NCBI GenBank assembly: GCA_022813965.1
Contig: JALDZS010000047.1
Span: 1 to 64,000 of the forward strand
Direction: 5' to 3'
Length of the DNA: 64,000 nucleotides
Origin: Toensbergia leucococca
Taxonomy: Eukaryota
Shown here one piece after another: positions 12,342 to 25,520 of this stretch. How positions within the stretch are numbered: the first letter of the stretch is position 1; every line of letters begins with the position of its first letter. The notes beneath the pieces are model-generated. The model searched no databases and was not told the origin of the DNA. It worked only from the letters and a program-made list of their open reading frames with translations. A program made the translations under genes and the position numbers.

Positions 12342-14786
12342 ATGGGCCGCAAATACTATCGGCGCTCGTCTCTCGATCACGAAGACGAAGAATACAATCT
12401 AGAAAACTCCCAAGACCTCGAAAAACACAACGACACAAGAGAGTCATCTATAGATTATGACGATGATGGGTCTCCTTCCTCCTACATCAGCTCCTCTCGG
12501 GAAACCTCTGGGTCCCATCAGCCAATGCTACACACACTGTCTCCAATGCGAAGGAAAGGCTTTTATTGCTACCGATTACCTAGCAGAGTGGTCAGATATC
12601 TATGCTTGGCTCTCATGTCGACCATGATCATTTTCATATTATCCTTGGTACGCGCAAGCTGGCTATCTTCAAGGCAACTGGAATTGGGGCCAGTCAATCA
12701 AACACCGAAGCCTGCACAATGGGAAAGTTTCGACTTCTTGACGAGATATTATGGTGGTATTCGCACACTGGTACCGAAGGATCGAAATACACCCGAGTAT
12801 CCAAAAGATCTAGAAATAGAGCCTGATCAATCATCAAACACATCAATACTAGTACGGCAGACAAGCCATCTACCGAAAAGTATTCCTTTTGATCCCTATC
12901 CAGATTATGAATCTCTAGACTACACCTTGGAATATGGGGAGAAGCATGAGTGCTTTTTGGACTCGGAAGAATCTGTCAGAATACCGAGAGTACACTACTA
13001 TCCTGGGGTACCGCAGGGTCTTCCTGACGCCATCATGGGTTCCTCTGATATACTTGGCCTACGAGATGATATCTGCTTCGAACGATTTGGTAGATTTGGA
13101 CCGTATGGGTATGGGTACAGCACCAGAAAAGGTGGAATAGGAGCTGGTCTAGAGGGGGACAGAGAAGGAGTGAATCATATGTGGACTGGGCCGGAAAATA
13201 TCCCAGAAGTGGACTACTCAAACATTAAATGGGGCAATGTTCAAGATAATTGTGCATTCAAAAACAGGATACGATTCAAGCCCTTGACGATATCTCAGAG
13301 CGATGTATTTCAGAGTATGGATGTCAAGCAGGGACCTTTGCCGTTTAAAGATGACAGGAATATTGCTTTCAAGAAAGATGCAACCCCAGCAGATACTGCT
13401 GCCACAAATGGGACAGGATCCGAGCTCCCAACAGCCAAGACTATTCCGGTCCTTCTTCCTCGAACAGCCGTGTTGATCCGTACATGGTGGGATTTCGAGT
13501 ACAGTCAAGAAGATATCATGTATCTTCGATCCATTATTGCAGAGCTTTCACTCCTCTCTGGTGGAGAGTACACCGTACATTTTCTCATCCACGTTAGAGA
13601 CGATAATATACCAATCTGGGCGGATCAAAAGATTTACCAACGTATAGTCGACAACGCTCTCCCGGAAGAATTTCGAGGTATGGGTACTTTATGGAGCGAA
13701 AGACAGATGGGCTTGATTTATGGTGGACTAAAAGAGAGTTTCTTCCGTCATCTCCCGGTACATGGAGTCTATCGAAGCACGTACATGCCAGTGCAATATT
13801 TTGCTCATCAGAATCCCGGGTACGATTATTTCTGGAACTGGGAGATGGATATACGCTATACTGGTCATTGGTATCATTTGTTTGACCGAGTTCGAAGATG
13901 GACACGGGAACAGCCTCGTAAAGGACTTTGGGAACGCAATAGTCGTTTCTATGTTCCTTCTGTCCATGGTAGCTGGGAAGACTTTAAGCAAATGATTCGT
14001 GTGCAGACGGAAATGGGGACTGAAAGTCCCAACAATCTTTGGTCCGGTCTGAAAGCTGGTACTACGAGTATACCTGGATCTCCACAAGGCAAGTCCGATA
14101 AACCTATTTGGGGTCCTCATGGTCCTTTGGATATGCTACGAGCTCAAGGCGACCCCACCCCGCCCACGACGTACGAGAAAGATAAATATACATGGGGTGT
14201 TGGAGAAGAAGCTGACTTAATCACATTCAACCCGCTCTTCGATCCTGATGGCACGACCTGGCTTCTCTCTGAAGATGTCACGGGCTACAATACCTCTGAA
14301 GGATTACCGCCTCGCCGAACTGCCATCATCACCGCTGCGCGCCTCTCACGTCGCTTGCTGGAAACCATGCATCGCGAAACAGCCCTCAAACGCCACACAA
14401 TGTTCTCAGAGATGTGGCCCGCCTCGTGTGCTCTGCATCACGGTCTGAAAGCCGTGTACGCGCCCCATCCCGAATTCATCGACCGCAACTGGCCACCCGC
14501 GTATCTCGCAGCTGTCATGAACGGCGGGCGGAACGGCGCTACGGGCGGAGCCCGGACGAGTGTTTTTGGAGATCGGGAACATAACTTTCGCGGCACGTCG
14601 TGGTACTACAATGCTGGATTTCCGCAAAATTTGTGGCGGCGATGGCTGGGGTTTCGGGTTAGTAATGATGGAGGGGAGGAGGAGGAGATGGCAAGGGAAG
14701 GGAGGATGTGTCTTCCTGGTGTGTTGCTTCATCCGGTCAAGGATGTGAACTTGATTATTGAGGGGGTGAGGGTAAGCGGGGGGTGA
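12342..14786 (+). CDS. DUF3405-family fungal type II membrane protein
   Basis: 814-aa intronless ORF with one N-terminal TM segment and motifs RTAVLIRTW, LRSIIAELSLLSGGEY, YFWNWEMDIRYTGHWY, SEMWPASCALHHGLKAVYAPHP, LLHPVK. Confidence 0.8.
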   Translation: MGRKYYRRSSLDHEDEEYNLENSQDLEKHNDTRESSIDYDDDGSPSSYISSSRETSGSHQPMLHTLSPMRRKGFYCYRLPSRVVRYLCLALMSTMIIFILSLVRASWLSSRQLELGPVNQTPKPAQWESFDFLTRYYGGIRTLVPKDRNTPEYPKDLEIEPDQSSNTSILVRQTSHLPKSIPFDPYPDYESLDYTLEYGEKHECFLDSEESVRIPRVHYYPGVPQGLPDAIMGSSDILGLRDDICFERFGRFGPYGYGYSTRKGGIGAGLEGDREGVNHMWTGPENIPEVDYSNIKWGNVQDNCAFKNRIRFKPLTISQSDVFQSMDVKQGPLPFKDDRNIAFKKDATPADTAATNGTGSELPTAKTIPVLLPRTAVLIRTWWDFEYSQEDIMYLRSIIAELSLLSGGEYTVHFLIHVRDDNIPIWADQKIYQRIVDNALPEEFRGMGTLWSERQMGLIYGGLKESFFRHLPVHGVYRSTYMPVQYFAHQNPGYDYFWNWEMDIRYTGHWYHLFDRVRRWTREQPRKGLWERNSRFYVPSVHGSWEDFKQMIRVQTEMGTESPNNLWSGLKAGTTSIPGSPQGKSDKPIWGPHGPLDMLRAQGDPTPPTTYEKDKYTWGVGEEADLITFNPLFDPDGTTWLLSEDVTGYNTSEGLPPRRTAIITAARLSRRLLETMHRETALKRHTMFSEMWPASCALHHGLKAVYAPHPEFIDRNWPPAYLAAVMNGGRNGATGGARTSVFGDREHNFRGTSWYYNAGFPQNLWRRWLGFRVSNDGGEEEEMAREGRMCLPGVLLHPVKDVNLIIEGVRVSGG

Positions 14787-15978
14787 GCGGGAGGTTCGAT
14801 GTTTTGTTTTTTAGTTGGACCTTTTTTTTCTTTAGCGATTCATTGCACTGGGCGTTTCTGGCTCGGGTTGAAATATGGAGTTGGATTTTGATTGTGGTGG
14901 TGGTGAAATATAGGAGGTTTGGTTACCCGTGAGTGCCGTGTAAATACCATGGAACGATTGCATTTACCTTGTTTTGTCAGGAAAGATAGCTGGGCCCTAC
15001 CTTTTTTTTTTCTTTTTGGTAATTAATCAAGTGAAAGGGGAGAGTCGGAGACCTTTTAATCACACCTTTCTTTTATTATTTTTAGATGGCGCTTTTATCT
15101 TGTCTCATGTTTTTTGATATCATTTGTTTTTTTGGGATGTGAGAGGGTGTTTGTTTTTTGATTTTTTGTTTTTTGACTACTTTTGAGGGGGGGTCTGGGT
15201 TGTGTTTTTTTGAGTTGGTTTTGTGGGGTTTGTGGGTTTTTTTGAGGGGCGGTTGTGATGAGAGATTTGAAGGGGGGGTCTGAGGGGGGAAAGAGAAAAG
15301 GAGGGAGAGAAATTGAGAGGAAGTTGAGAGTGAGAAGGGGAGGGGGTGTTTAATTCTGATTCATCTGACCCTGCTAACAAAGGTAGGTAGGCATATATTA
15401 CTATTTACTATCTGTCTTATACATTTTATACACACATCTAACTAACACTTATTCAAAATATCACAAATTCTGATCATTTTTTACTTTTTTATCTTTGTCA
15501 AGAGCTTTTTTCTGTTTTGCATCTTTGTCAAGAGTGATTTTGGTTTCAAGCTTTTTTTGTTGAGGTTCTAATTTATGATTTTGAACACTTTATTTATGCA
15601 TCAGTGAGGTTTGCCCTGATATTTTTCCGTTTAAGAGGGTGTGAAAGCTAGCTCACTCACTCCCCTCATTCGCTTTTATTTTTTTTGGTGAGGAGGGGGG
15701 GGGTTTAGGGGGAGGAAGGGAAGGAGAGAAAAAAGGGAAGATATGAAAGAGTGCGTTTTTAATACAGATGTGAGGGCTTTGAGTTTTTGCCTACGGAGGA
15801 GGGAGGTAAGAAAGTCATGAGGGGGTGATGACAATGTTTTGCATTACGCAGCAGTATTCTCCAAACCAGGCACCAAACCGAATACCAACAAACTTTGTCC
15901 CAAAAAAAAAAATTATAGAATTACCAAACCCTAACCTCACTCTCTCTCTTCCGAGCCCGTAGCTATGGCATTGGCATC

Positions 15979-17118
15979 TCACGAAGCCTTATGCGGCGGA
16001 ATAGCCTTCGTCTTGGCTACATGATCAGTGACAGAGTTCATAGTACTCAGCCACACATCCTCGGGACCTTTGGCGCCACCTTTGCCACGCCCAAGCATCG
16101 TCAGCGGAAAGCCGGGATCAAAGGGCGTGGCATCCTCGATGGCTTCAACATCCTCGTCCGACAATTCCACGCTCAAAGCGTCAATGTTGCCTTTCAGATG
16201 CTTGATGTTGCGCCCGCCGCAGATGGGGAATACATAGGGCGTCTTGCGCATCACGTACGCTATCGCCACGCTCGTAATCAGCGTATCCTTCGCCTTGGCA
16301 ATCTTTTCCAAAACTCGAGAAACTTTGACGTCAGCTTCGGACGCGCCGCCCATCATGCGGCCCTCGGTCTTCTTTTCTTCAGCTTCTGGTCTGAAATGAC
16401 CGCGGCCGAGTGCGCCCCAGGGTGCTATGCCCATTCCCTCGGCTTGAGTCATGGGAATGATATCGCGTTCAAAGTCGCGGACGGAGGCGGACCAAAGGCC
16501 TTGGTAGACGACGAATTGGCGGAGGCCGTGATTGCGGGCGTATTCGTTTGCTTTGCTGACGATCCAGGCTGGGGTGTCGGAGACGCCGAGATAGAGAACC
16601 TTGCCGGCACGGACGACGTCGTTGAGGGATTGCATGAGTTCGGGGATGGAGACGGTGAAATCCCACCAGTGCATGTAGAGCACATCAATGTAAGATGTTT
16701 GCAGCTTCTTTAGGGAAGCATCTAGGGAGAGACGGAGGCTTTTGGAACTGTTGCCGCCGTTGTTGGATTGTAGGATCTTTTGGCCTTCTGCTAACTTGTA
16801 GCCGGTGGTGAATTTGGTGGCAATGACCATCTCATCACGATTGCCGCGCTTCGCCATCCACTCGCCGATCCAGATTTCGGATTCCTCGTTTTGATAGTTG
16901 TTGGAAGTGTCGAGGAAGTTGCCGCCATTGTCGTAGAAGTAGTCGAGGATCTCAAAGGTGGTTTTCTTGTCACATTCGCCCATGAATTCTTTCCAGGCAT
17001 CGCCAAAGTTCATGCAGCCGAGGCAGAGGGGGGAGACACGCACGGCTGCTGAGGGAGAGAGGATCCTGTGACGGCCTAGGGCGGTCTTGGGCTCTGGAGC
17101 TGGTTCGCCGAAGGCCAT
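15979..17118 (-). CDS. Aldo-keto reductase, aryl-alcohol dehydrogenase / norsolorinic acid reductase-like
   Basis: RVSPLCLGCMNFG, GGNFLDTSNNYQ, IATKF, YIDVLYMHWWD and GKVLYLGVSDTPAW motifs. Confidence 0.92.
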   Translation of the reverse strand: MAFGEPAPEPKTALGRHRILSPSAAVRVSPLCLGCMNFGDAWKEFMGECDKKTTFEILDYFYDNGGNFLDTSNNYQNEESEIWIGEWMAKRGNRDEMVIATKFTTGYKLAEGQKILQSNNGGNSSKSLRLSLDASLKKLQTSYIDVLYMHWWDFTVSIPELMQSLNDVVRAGKVLYLGVSDTPAWIVSKANEYARNHGLRQFVVYQGLWSASVRDFERDIIPMTQAEGMGIAPWGALGRGHFRPEAEEKKTEGRMMGGASEADVKVSRVLEKIAKAKDTLITSVAIAYVMRKTPYVFPICGGRNIKHLKGNIDALSVELSDEDVEAIEDATPFDPGFPLTMLGRGKGGAKGPEDVWLSTMNSVTDHVAKTKAIPPHKAS

Positions 17119-17767
17119 TTTTGCGGATTGGAAAGCTGGAGCTGAAGCGGAGGGTTGTATTTGATGTGCAATTTGAATTGATTTGGACTTCTGTGAGACA
17201 TGGTGTATGTTTTATAGAGGGCTTGGTAGGGACGACGTCATGCTATGTCCCGTGGAAATACTAAAGTAAGGTACGAATGACATGAAATAAAATGAAATCA
17301 AATGGACGAGATGCGGAGGTGGAGTCACGATTTATCGGAGATACATCAGGTCCTTATGTCCGCCGGAGGACTTGGCGCCAACAATGAAGATCCGGAATTC
17401 TTTGAGTCCGTTGAATTCTGCTCAAAGTGATGGGACTATGTGAACAGATAGCCTACATCTAGCTCAGATGAAAATCTCATACAATTGTTGTTTGCGACGC
17501 AGTGGTTTTGATCCGTCAACGATCTTGAAAATTTGATAAGAGGCAAAATTAAGCTTTACTCGTAAGATTAGGTCACCACGTGGTCACCTAGCGGAATGCA
17601 TCTTCGGGTTACCTTATCACGAGCAGTTGTCGAGGTCTTTTCGCTCACAATTTGCAGATGTGGAGTAGTTAAAAGAAATGCCCAGAACCAGTTCAATGCT
17701 TGACAGAAACAAAGGAGTGAAGCCTTGACCAAAAACAATGTATTGGTGGTAAAAAGCAAAAAGGTCT

Positions 17768-17849
17768 CGACAACAGGAGGATTCGAACCTCCGCATCCGA
17801 AGATAATTGATTTCTAGTCAATCGCCTTAGACCGCTCGGCCATGTTGTC
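17768..17849 (-). tRNA. tRNA-Ser (anticodon AGA), intronless
   Basis: Reverse complement GACAACA-TGGCCGAGCGGTCTAAGGC-G-ATTGA-CT-AGA-AA-TCAAT, long variable arm, GGAGG-TTCGAAT-CCTCC-TGTTGTC-G. It folds as a cloverleaf and is followed by T-runs (Pol III terminator). Confidence 0.95.
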
Positions 17850-19767
17850 ATGTTTTCTAATTGATGAAAAGGTACTTATTACAATTAATATATATCAATG
17901 TCTATTTATTGTTGAAAAGGAGAATATCTCGCTCGTATAAAGCTCTATAAATGTAGCTCTAAGGGGTGTGAAGAGACTAGAGAACCTTCTAGCAGGAGGC
18001 AGTTTCACAAATACCTACCTACTTGAGACCCAGTAGAGCTAATTTATTCATCTTCAGTATTTGCAACGAAGCTACGTAACCACAAATCAACACAGAAGAA
18101 ACATTTCTCCCTTGTATCATCAATGCTTCCACACATCCTCTCGTTGTATCTTTCTTCTATCCTCCAGCTACGCTTCATAAATGCCTGCTATCATGTTGCA
18201 CTCCAAAAATGCGAGTCTCTATTGCCGAATTTCACAGATGACGACGAGGCCGAGGAAAGATAGGTGGCATGACAATCTAGAGAACGTCGAGCGTTCCTAC
18301 GATCGAGGAATCGTTAGAGTCTACGGAGTGGTATTCAACTTCATGTCTGATTGAAAAGCACAACACCTGTGATCCCGTTGCCAGAAATATCCATTGTTTA
18401 TATAGGGGGCTCCTTAATTATGTATCCCATGTCCTGGTAACTAGTATTTCCGTTTCACAGAACATAGGATAGCATTTCCCATTGTTAAGCTTTTCTCAGT
18501 CTCTTTCAATATGCTACTGAAGTTGACTTTGAGGATCGTTGGGAGAGCCTACATGTAGAAGCACTAGCTGGAGAACAAAATCGTGGCTCAAAAAGGTAGT
18601 ATCAACCTTGGTTAGGTACATTCTGAGATGGAATTATTACTATTCTTTTTTCTGTTCCACACAGCAAAAAGCCTGCTTGTCCAGAAATTGTAACACGTCT
18701 TGTGCATGATACTCTGGTCAGTCCGGCTCGAGAACGAACGCAGATTTGCTCAGACTCGTGGAAGAAGTACCAAATCATATTTCAAGTCTCCTGTGAGACA
18801 CAAACAAAGAAGCATGACATTGACCGGGAAAGACCTTTGGAGTCTTGAAAGTAAAGAAAACCGAAAAGGTCATTCGTAGCTGATGAAATTGCAAGTAGAA
18901 AGATGGTACAAGCAATGACAGCCACGGGCAGATGACTTCCATCCACGAATGAGTCGAGATCAGAACTGTTAGATTGATCCCTTCCTAGAGGCGTGGCAAA
19001 AGTTACTGCTTCTACCTACGACCTTGATTGATCAAGTCAAGTCGTGAAGATTTGCATACATATATAAGAAGGGCATGAATGACTGGCCAGGTCAAAAATG
19101 ATGAAGTATACCCATACCTCGGGAGCTTTGCGACTGTTTCAAATAGATGAATAGTGACATGGAACTTGGTAAGGGATGACTACAGTCACAAACGGAGGCA
19201 CGATCAGCCACAACTATGCAAACAAGGCAATAGTCTCTGGTCTCCAAAAGTCGTGCTACTCAGCGGCAGGCGATAGGTGCTAGGCATGACACTTACGGCG
19301 GTGTGGTGTGGCCGCCGGCATGCAGATTGGTTGGGTGTTTTGGGGGCTTAGAATAGTTCTCTCAATGTTGCATGACGGGTGCCGCGTGCCATAGAATAGC
19401 TGAGTGGGCGTCTTCCTGTTCTTGCTCTCGTATCGCACCATGTCTCACACATGCAGGCGGTGTTTACCTACTCGAAGACTACTCAAGTTAGTATGTTAGT
19501 AGGCAGAGAGAGAGAGTGTAGGATGATTTGTTCTTGACGTTTAATTCCCGCACCCGAGGGCCTGGATCGCTAGAATAGAACATGGAATAATTCCTGCATG
19601 ATTCAATTTGTCGGACTGAAACTCTTTTCCTCTCCGGAGTATTCGAGGTCAGTCACCATTTAAGGCGCAAGCCCTTGCTGCCTACTACTACCGAGTTCAT
19701 CATGTCTGTGATGCTCATTATTATGCCTTTTCGAATCTTTTGAATGCGTGCTCGACCATAGCACGAC

Positions 19768-22076
19768 ATGCTTTTGCTTTTGCATTTGCATTTGCATTTG
19801 CATTTGCTTCTCTTCTCTTCTGTGACACTCGCTTTGGCCTTTATTGCAGCTCCTCTTGAACAGCATCCTCTCTTACCATGGCATACTTCTGCACAAAACG
19901 CAGAAGTCGCAGACAACGTTTCTAAGGCTAGGAAATTGACAGGCAAGTTCTTGCACGTCACAGGTACGTCGTGTCAAGCCCGAGGTCATGTCCTCAATCA
20001 CTCACTAGTCCTGCAGATTTTCATCCCGACCCCTTCTATAAATATCACTCGTCTACTGAGGAGGATGATGCTTGCCACCGAGGCCAAGGACCTGCAGGCA
20101 TTTTGGGCGCAGAAACTTCCGACTGTGACTCACCGATCTCTTTGATAAATGCCACCTTCGAATGGATCGACCAGAATCTAAAGGATTCAATAGACTTCAT
20201 CATCTGGACTGGTGACTCTGCACGTCACGATAATGACGAGGAAATCCCGCGGTCTGAAAAGCAAGTTGAGGACCAAAATAGGTTGTTGGTCACCAAATTC
20301 GTCGAGGTCTTTGGGAAGGAGGATAATATCAATGACACGGATCCGACCAATGATTTAACTATTCCTATTATACCAACCTTTGGGAACAATGATATTCTAC
20401 CCCACAACATCTTTGCTCCTCACGCAATTCAATGGACCACAAAGTACTCTAGTATTTGGGAGAAGTTTATTCCGGAATCGCAAAGGCATGGCTTCCAATG
20501 GGGAGGATGGTTCTTCGTCGAAGTCATTCCAGACAAACTAGTTGTGTTCAGTCTCAATACGCTCTACTTCTTTTCTTCTAATTCCGCCGTCGATGGTTGT
20601 GCCGATAGACTTGAACCGGGCTACCAACAAATGGATTGGCTTCGAATTCAACTACAATTCCTACGGGACAGCGGGAAAAAAGCTATATTGATGGGTCATG
20701 TACCGCCTGCAAGAACCGATAGCAAGCTAAGCTGGGACGAAACGTGCTGGCAGAAATATACTTTGTGGATGCAGCAATATCGCGACGTGGTGGTTGGATC
20801 GATATACGGACACATGAATATCGATCACTTCATGTTACAAGACTTTAATGAAATTGACTTGAAGGTCATGGAGGGTAAAGTACAGAGCTTGTCAAGGGAG
20901 GCTTTTGATGATGAACTCACTGCGCAATCAACAGCCGATTATCTAGAGGAATTACGTGTAGAATGGTCTGAACTGCCGGATCCTGATACTGCTAAATTTG
21001 GGGGTGTAGGGAATTTTGAAAACTTAGAACATCATGTGGACTCTGACAGAGCGAAGAGGGACAAGAGGAAGCAGAAGAGCAAACGCGACTATCTCCGGAG
21101 AATTGGCGGAGAATGGGGTGAAAGATACAGCTCTTCTCTCACGGGGCCAAGTGTAGTCCCCAACTACTTCCCTACGTTGCGGGTCATTGAATACAATATT
21201 ACCGGCCTTGATAGACATGCTCTAGGGAAAGTCATGGACCACGAGGCCGTCGGTGCAAGGCAGGGTGAAAATTATAACGAATCTCAAGAAGAGTTTGAAG
21301 GGGATGGCGTGTCTCCGGAGCGAAAAAAGAAGAAGAAGAAGAAGAATAAACATCGCAAGCCGAAGAAACCGCAATTCATTGTTCCAGATCCACCTTCTAG
21401 TACAGCTCCACCTGGTCCAGCCTACTCCCCACAAACATTGACCTGGCTGGGTTACACTCAGTATTACGCCAACCTTACTGAGATAAACGACGATTTCGTC
21501 TCCGACTCTGCACTTCCGGCATCCAGTGATTCCATAGGTGGGGAAAGCTGGCATGAAGGGAAGCATCAAGGCGAGATACCATCTGAAAAAAACCCTAAGC
21601 CTGGTGGATATAAATTCGAGTACAAAATTGAATACGATACCAGGCATGACAAGATTTTCCAATTAAGAGACCTGACAGTTAGGAACCTTGTCGAATTGGC
21701 AAGCCGAATTGGGCAATACAAGCCAAAGAGAGATGATCGCATCGGTAATGATGATGAAACAGGATTCAACGTTGAAGTGAAAGATTGTAATGATAACGAA
21801 ATGGATGTGTACATTGAAGATGAGTATGAGGAAACCACTAGGGAGAGCTACGAGGAGATGGTAGCACAGAAGAAGAAATACAAAAAACACAAGAAGCACA
21901 AGAAGCATAAGAAACATAAGAAGCACAAAAAACACAAGAGGCGGAAAGCCATTAACAAGGTTTGGTTCACCTTTGTTAAACGAGCTTATGTCGGAGCTAT
22001 CGATGATCCCAATTTGCACGACGAATTCGGACAACCGATTTTAGGAGACGATCCATTTGAGGTGTCAGAGCTTTAG
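19768..22076 (+). CDS. PPN1: Endopolyphosphatase (calcineurin-like metallophosphoesterase), intron ~19964-20016
   Basis: GKFLHVT|DFHPDP, WTGDSARHD, GNND, MGHVPP, YGHMNIDHF and PSVVPNYFPTLRV motifs, with an N-terminal hydrophobic segment. Confidence 0.9.
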
Positions 22077-22544
22077 GAAACGAGTAAAGATGGAGGCGTT
22101 TTCTATCAAGGAGTAGGTAGGGCATGTGGGAACTGGGAATGGCGTTCAGGAAAGTAAAGGTTAGGCAGGCAATGGGAGCTTGACTCTTCTATCGATTGCA
22201 TGACTTGATTTGGATATTGGTAGAGTCGCAAATCATCGAGGCAGCAAGTATTAGCGATGTACAATAGTTGTACGGATAAATACATGTTGATTCGGGAATT
22301 TGTCCTCGATGTGGTCAAAAGCCTGGGCATTCCGCTCGGATTCGAGCTCTTCCGGTGGATGGCTCAATGACCTGTTTAGGTAGATTTGATAAATTGGCGA
22401 TGAAATCAATCTGCTGCTTACTTGTTTACATGCTTGACCGGCTTCATTGTGCCATCATCATGAAGAATATACGGATACCCTTACCCTATCCCTTCAAATG
22501 ATATCCTAACCCTAATCTTCAAGTGTATTTGTTGCACGGGAGCC

Positions 22545-24800
22545 ATGGAAATCTTACGTCGATTTCACATTGCGCCCGCGGCTTCTTCCGTTAGCGATAG
22601 TTCTAACGTGCCCGCCAAGAGTCATCCGGACTTCCCACCGACACTCGTGGACGCTCAATCTGAAAAAGACAGTCCACAGGCCACTGCATTTACTGGAAAT
22701 GACACGGTACTCGGTCCGACTGCACCAGTGGGAGACTTTAAAGAGGAGAAATCCTCTAGCGCAGACAGCAGTCATGACACCGACGTGAGCCGGGAAGACA
22801 AAGACGGCACCAACGGCGAAAAAACAAGTGTCAACAATGGACAGACTGATGACAACCACTCCCAAATCGTAGTTGAGGAGAAGGAAGGGAAGGCAGCAGG
22901 TTATGTAGAACCATTGCAAGGAGAAGAAGAAGAGAAGGAGGAGGAGGAGGAGGATGAGAGCAAATACCCTGGCGGATGGGCCCTGGCCATATTGACTTTC
23001 GGCTTGTGCATGGCCACGTTCGTGGTAGCTCTGGACAATACAATCATTGGTGAGCATGTTTCATTGAGCTCTTGGACTTAAGTAATGCGTACTGACTTGC
23101 TCAACAGCGACGGCTATACCTAGAATCACCACCGTCTTCGACTCACTCAACGATGTCGGTTGGTATGGGTCCTCCTACCTCCTGACCACTACTTCGCTGC
23201 AGCCTTCTTTTGGGAAGGTGTATACCTACTTCAACGTGAAATGGACATATCTCATTGCTCTGTGCATCTTTGAGCTTGGATCCATCATCTGTGCCGCTGC
23301 CACGAGCTCGGTTATGCTTATTGTCGGACGGGCAGTAGCAGGTGCTGGGGCATCAGCTCTTTTCTCTGGCGGCATGACCATAGTTGGGTTCTCCGTACCC
23401 TTGAGGAAAAGGGCCATCTATATTGCTGCTTTGTCTAGCATGTTTGGCATATCGTCCGTGATTGGACCTATTCTTGGTGGAGTCCTTACAGATCGCGCGA
23501 CTTGGAGATGGTGTTTCTGGATCAATTTGCCCTTTGGGCTTTGCGCCTTGCTCACCGTATTCTTCTTTTTCAAAAATCCCGAACGAAAGGATAGTGAGAA
23601 GACGTTCAAGGAAAAGATTCAGCAGATCGATTTGTTTGGCGCTTTCTTATTAATATGCGGAATCGTTTGCTTGTTACTAGCATTGCAATGGGGTGGCAGT
23701 ACATATCCATGGCATGACTCCAAGGTCTGGGGCTGTCTTCTTGGAGCTGGCCTGATAATTGCAATGTTCATTGCGTTGCAATTCAAGCTTGGGGACCGGT
23801 TTGATGTCCTTCTCTGCAATCACTTCAAGTGCAATATTCTGACGAGTCTCACAGAGCTACAATTCCACCTCGGATATTGACACAGAGAACAGTAGCAGCC
23901 AGCACTTCTTTTTCGTGTTTCCTTGCCATGGGACTTTATACGTAAGTCTCGCACCCATCATACTGCTTTGGTAATACTAACATACACAAAGCCACATATA
24001 CTATCTTCCTTTTTATTTTCAAGCAGTCAAGGGCACCACCGCCGAAAATTCTGGCATACGTTCCATCCCTTATCTCATTAGCACGACCCTGGGGTCTATC
24101 GTGGTCGGCGGCAGCATATCAACCTTCGGCTGGTACACCCCATTCATGTGGCTTGGGTCTGCGGTCTTCACAGTTGGTGCCGGCATGCTTTACACGCTGC
24201 AAGTAGGGTCAGCTGCTGGTAAATGGATCGGATACCAGATCCTGACTGGACTTGGCGCTGGCGCTAGTGTCCAAATCCCTTTCATTGCCGTACAAGTGGT
24301 ATTGAGCGCGAAAGATATGCCTAGCGGAAGTATGTCCTCATCTCTCCTCTCCAGCATCCTCACAACTCTCCTTGCTAATCTGCCTCATCGGCCTCAGATG
24401 CCCTCGCCATCTTCTCCAACACCCTCGGCGGTGCCATTTCAATTTCTGTCGCCCAGAATATCTTTTCCAATACCTTAATCCAAGAGATTCCGAAATTGAC
24501 CTCGGGCGTCAACTCGTCTACGATCATTAAAGCTGGTGCCAGTCACGTAAGAGAGGTAACCCCAGCTGCTCAACTACCAGGTGTATTGCAAGCCTACGAT
24601 ATCGCGATTCAAAGGGCATTTGTGTTACCAATCGCTGTTGGCGGGGCAGCTTTCATATGTTCATTATTCGTAAGTGCTGCATTCCCTTGTATGGATTTTG
24701 TGGCGATGGATGCAGTTTGCCGATGCTGACATGATGGTGTCGACAGATGGAGTGGAAAAGCGTCAAAGGTAAGAAAATGATTGCAGCTGGGGGTGCATAG
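22545..24800 (+). CDS. MFS drug:H+ antiporter (DHA2, 14-TMS; AflT/GliA-like), multi-exon
   Basis: FVVALDNTII|ATAIPRIT, DVGWYGSSYLLT, LIVGRAVAGAG, WRWCFWINLP, LLALQWGG; final exon MEWKSVKGKK. Confidence 0.9.
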
Positions 24801-25347
24801 AGGATTCTGTATAGAGAGTATTGGTTGTCACCTCATGGGGAAGAGGATGTTTGTGGTATGTGTTTTAATCTTTGGATTTTCAACTTAATGAAGACTGACA
24901 AACATTAGCGTGTGGGACCATCAGATGGAAAGGGTTCTAATTGATAGAGCTGAAAGGATTGTATCAAAGCTTCTCATGTGTAGCCCTTTAGTCTTGATTC
25001 AAATGCTTAGTGTCTCTTTGTTCATCTTGTGTGACTCTCTTGATATCCTTGATATCCTTGAATTAGACTCTTCTACCCGCTGCTGTTCTAATCAGGGGAC
25101 TTGCTGCATCAAGTCCAACAAAAACAAGAAAGCTGTCAAAGGAGTGCATAAAGAAGATATCCCTAGATCTATGCTAAGTCATACCTTAGGTTGCCTTCAT
25201 TCACTCCCTCTGCTAGCTTCCTAAACACGTAACACGGTGCAGTGAATCAAAAGATTAGACTGGTAGGGCAGATGGTAAACACACAAAACCTGGGCCCAAC
25301 TTTGACTTTTGAAATTCCTTCTTCTTCTCTTTCACAACACACACACA

Positions 25348-25520
25348 CTCGCATACACACTCACATACAACAAAGCTTACAAACTTACTCTAAAGTTTCC
25401 ACTGCTTCTTGTATTTGATACTTTCAACTTCTTAGACTACATATCACTATCGTTTGATTAGTGATGTCTCCCTCGTTATTTAAAGGCGCGAAGAAGTTTG
25501 ATTGGGCGGAAGAGGCTACT
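25348..25520 (+). repeat. Shared head segment, copy 1 (upstream region plus start of exon MSPSxFKGAKK)
   Basis: Near-identical to ~32881-33030 (tcgcatacacactcacatacaacaaagcttacaaacttac...tagtgatgtctccctc...aaaggcgcgaagaag) and similar to ~28985-29130. Confidence 0.85.

Noticed and set aside
883..24800. Secondary-metabolite cluster (FAD oxidase, AKR, MFS, Luz-like gene)
   Set aside because: No PKS, NRPS or terpene backbone gene, and these genes are interspersed with housekeeping genes.
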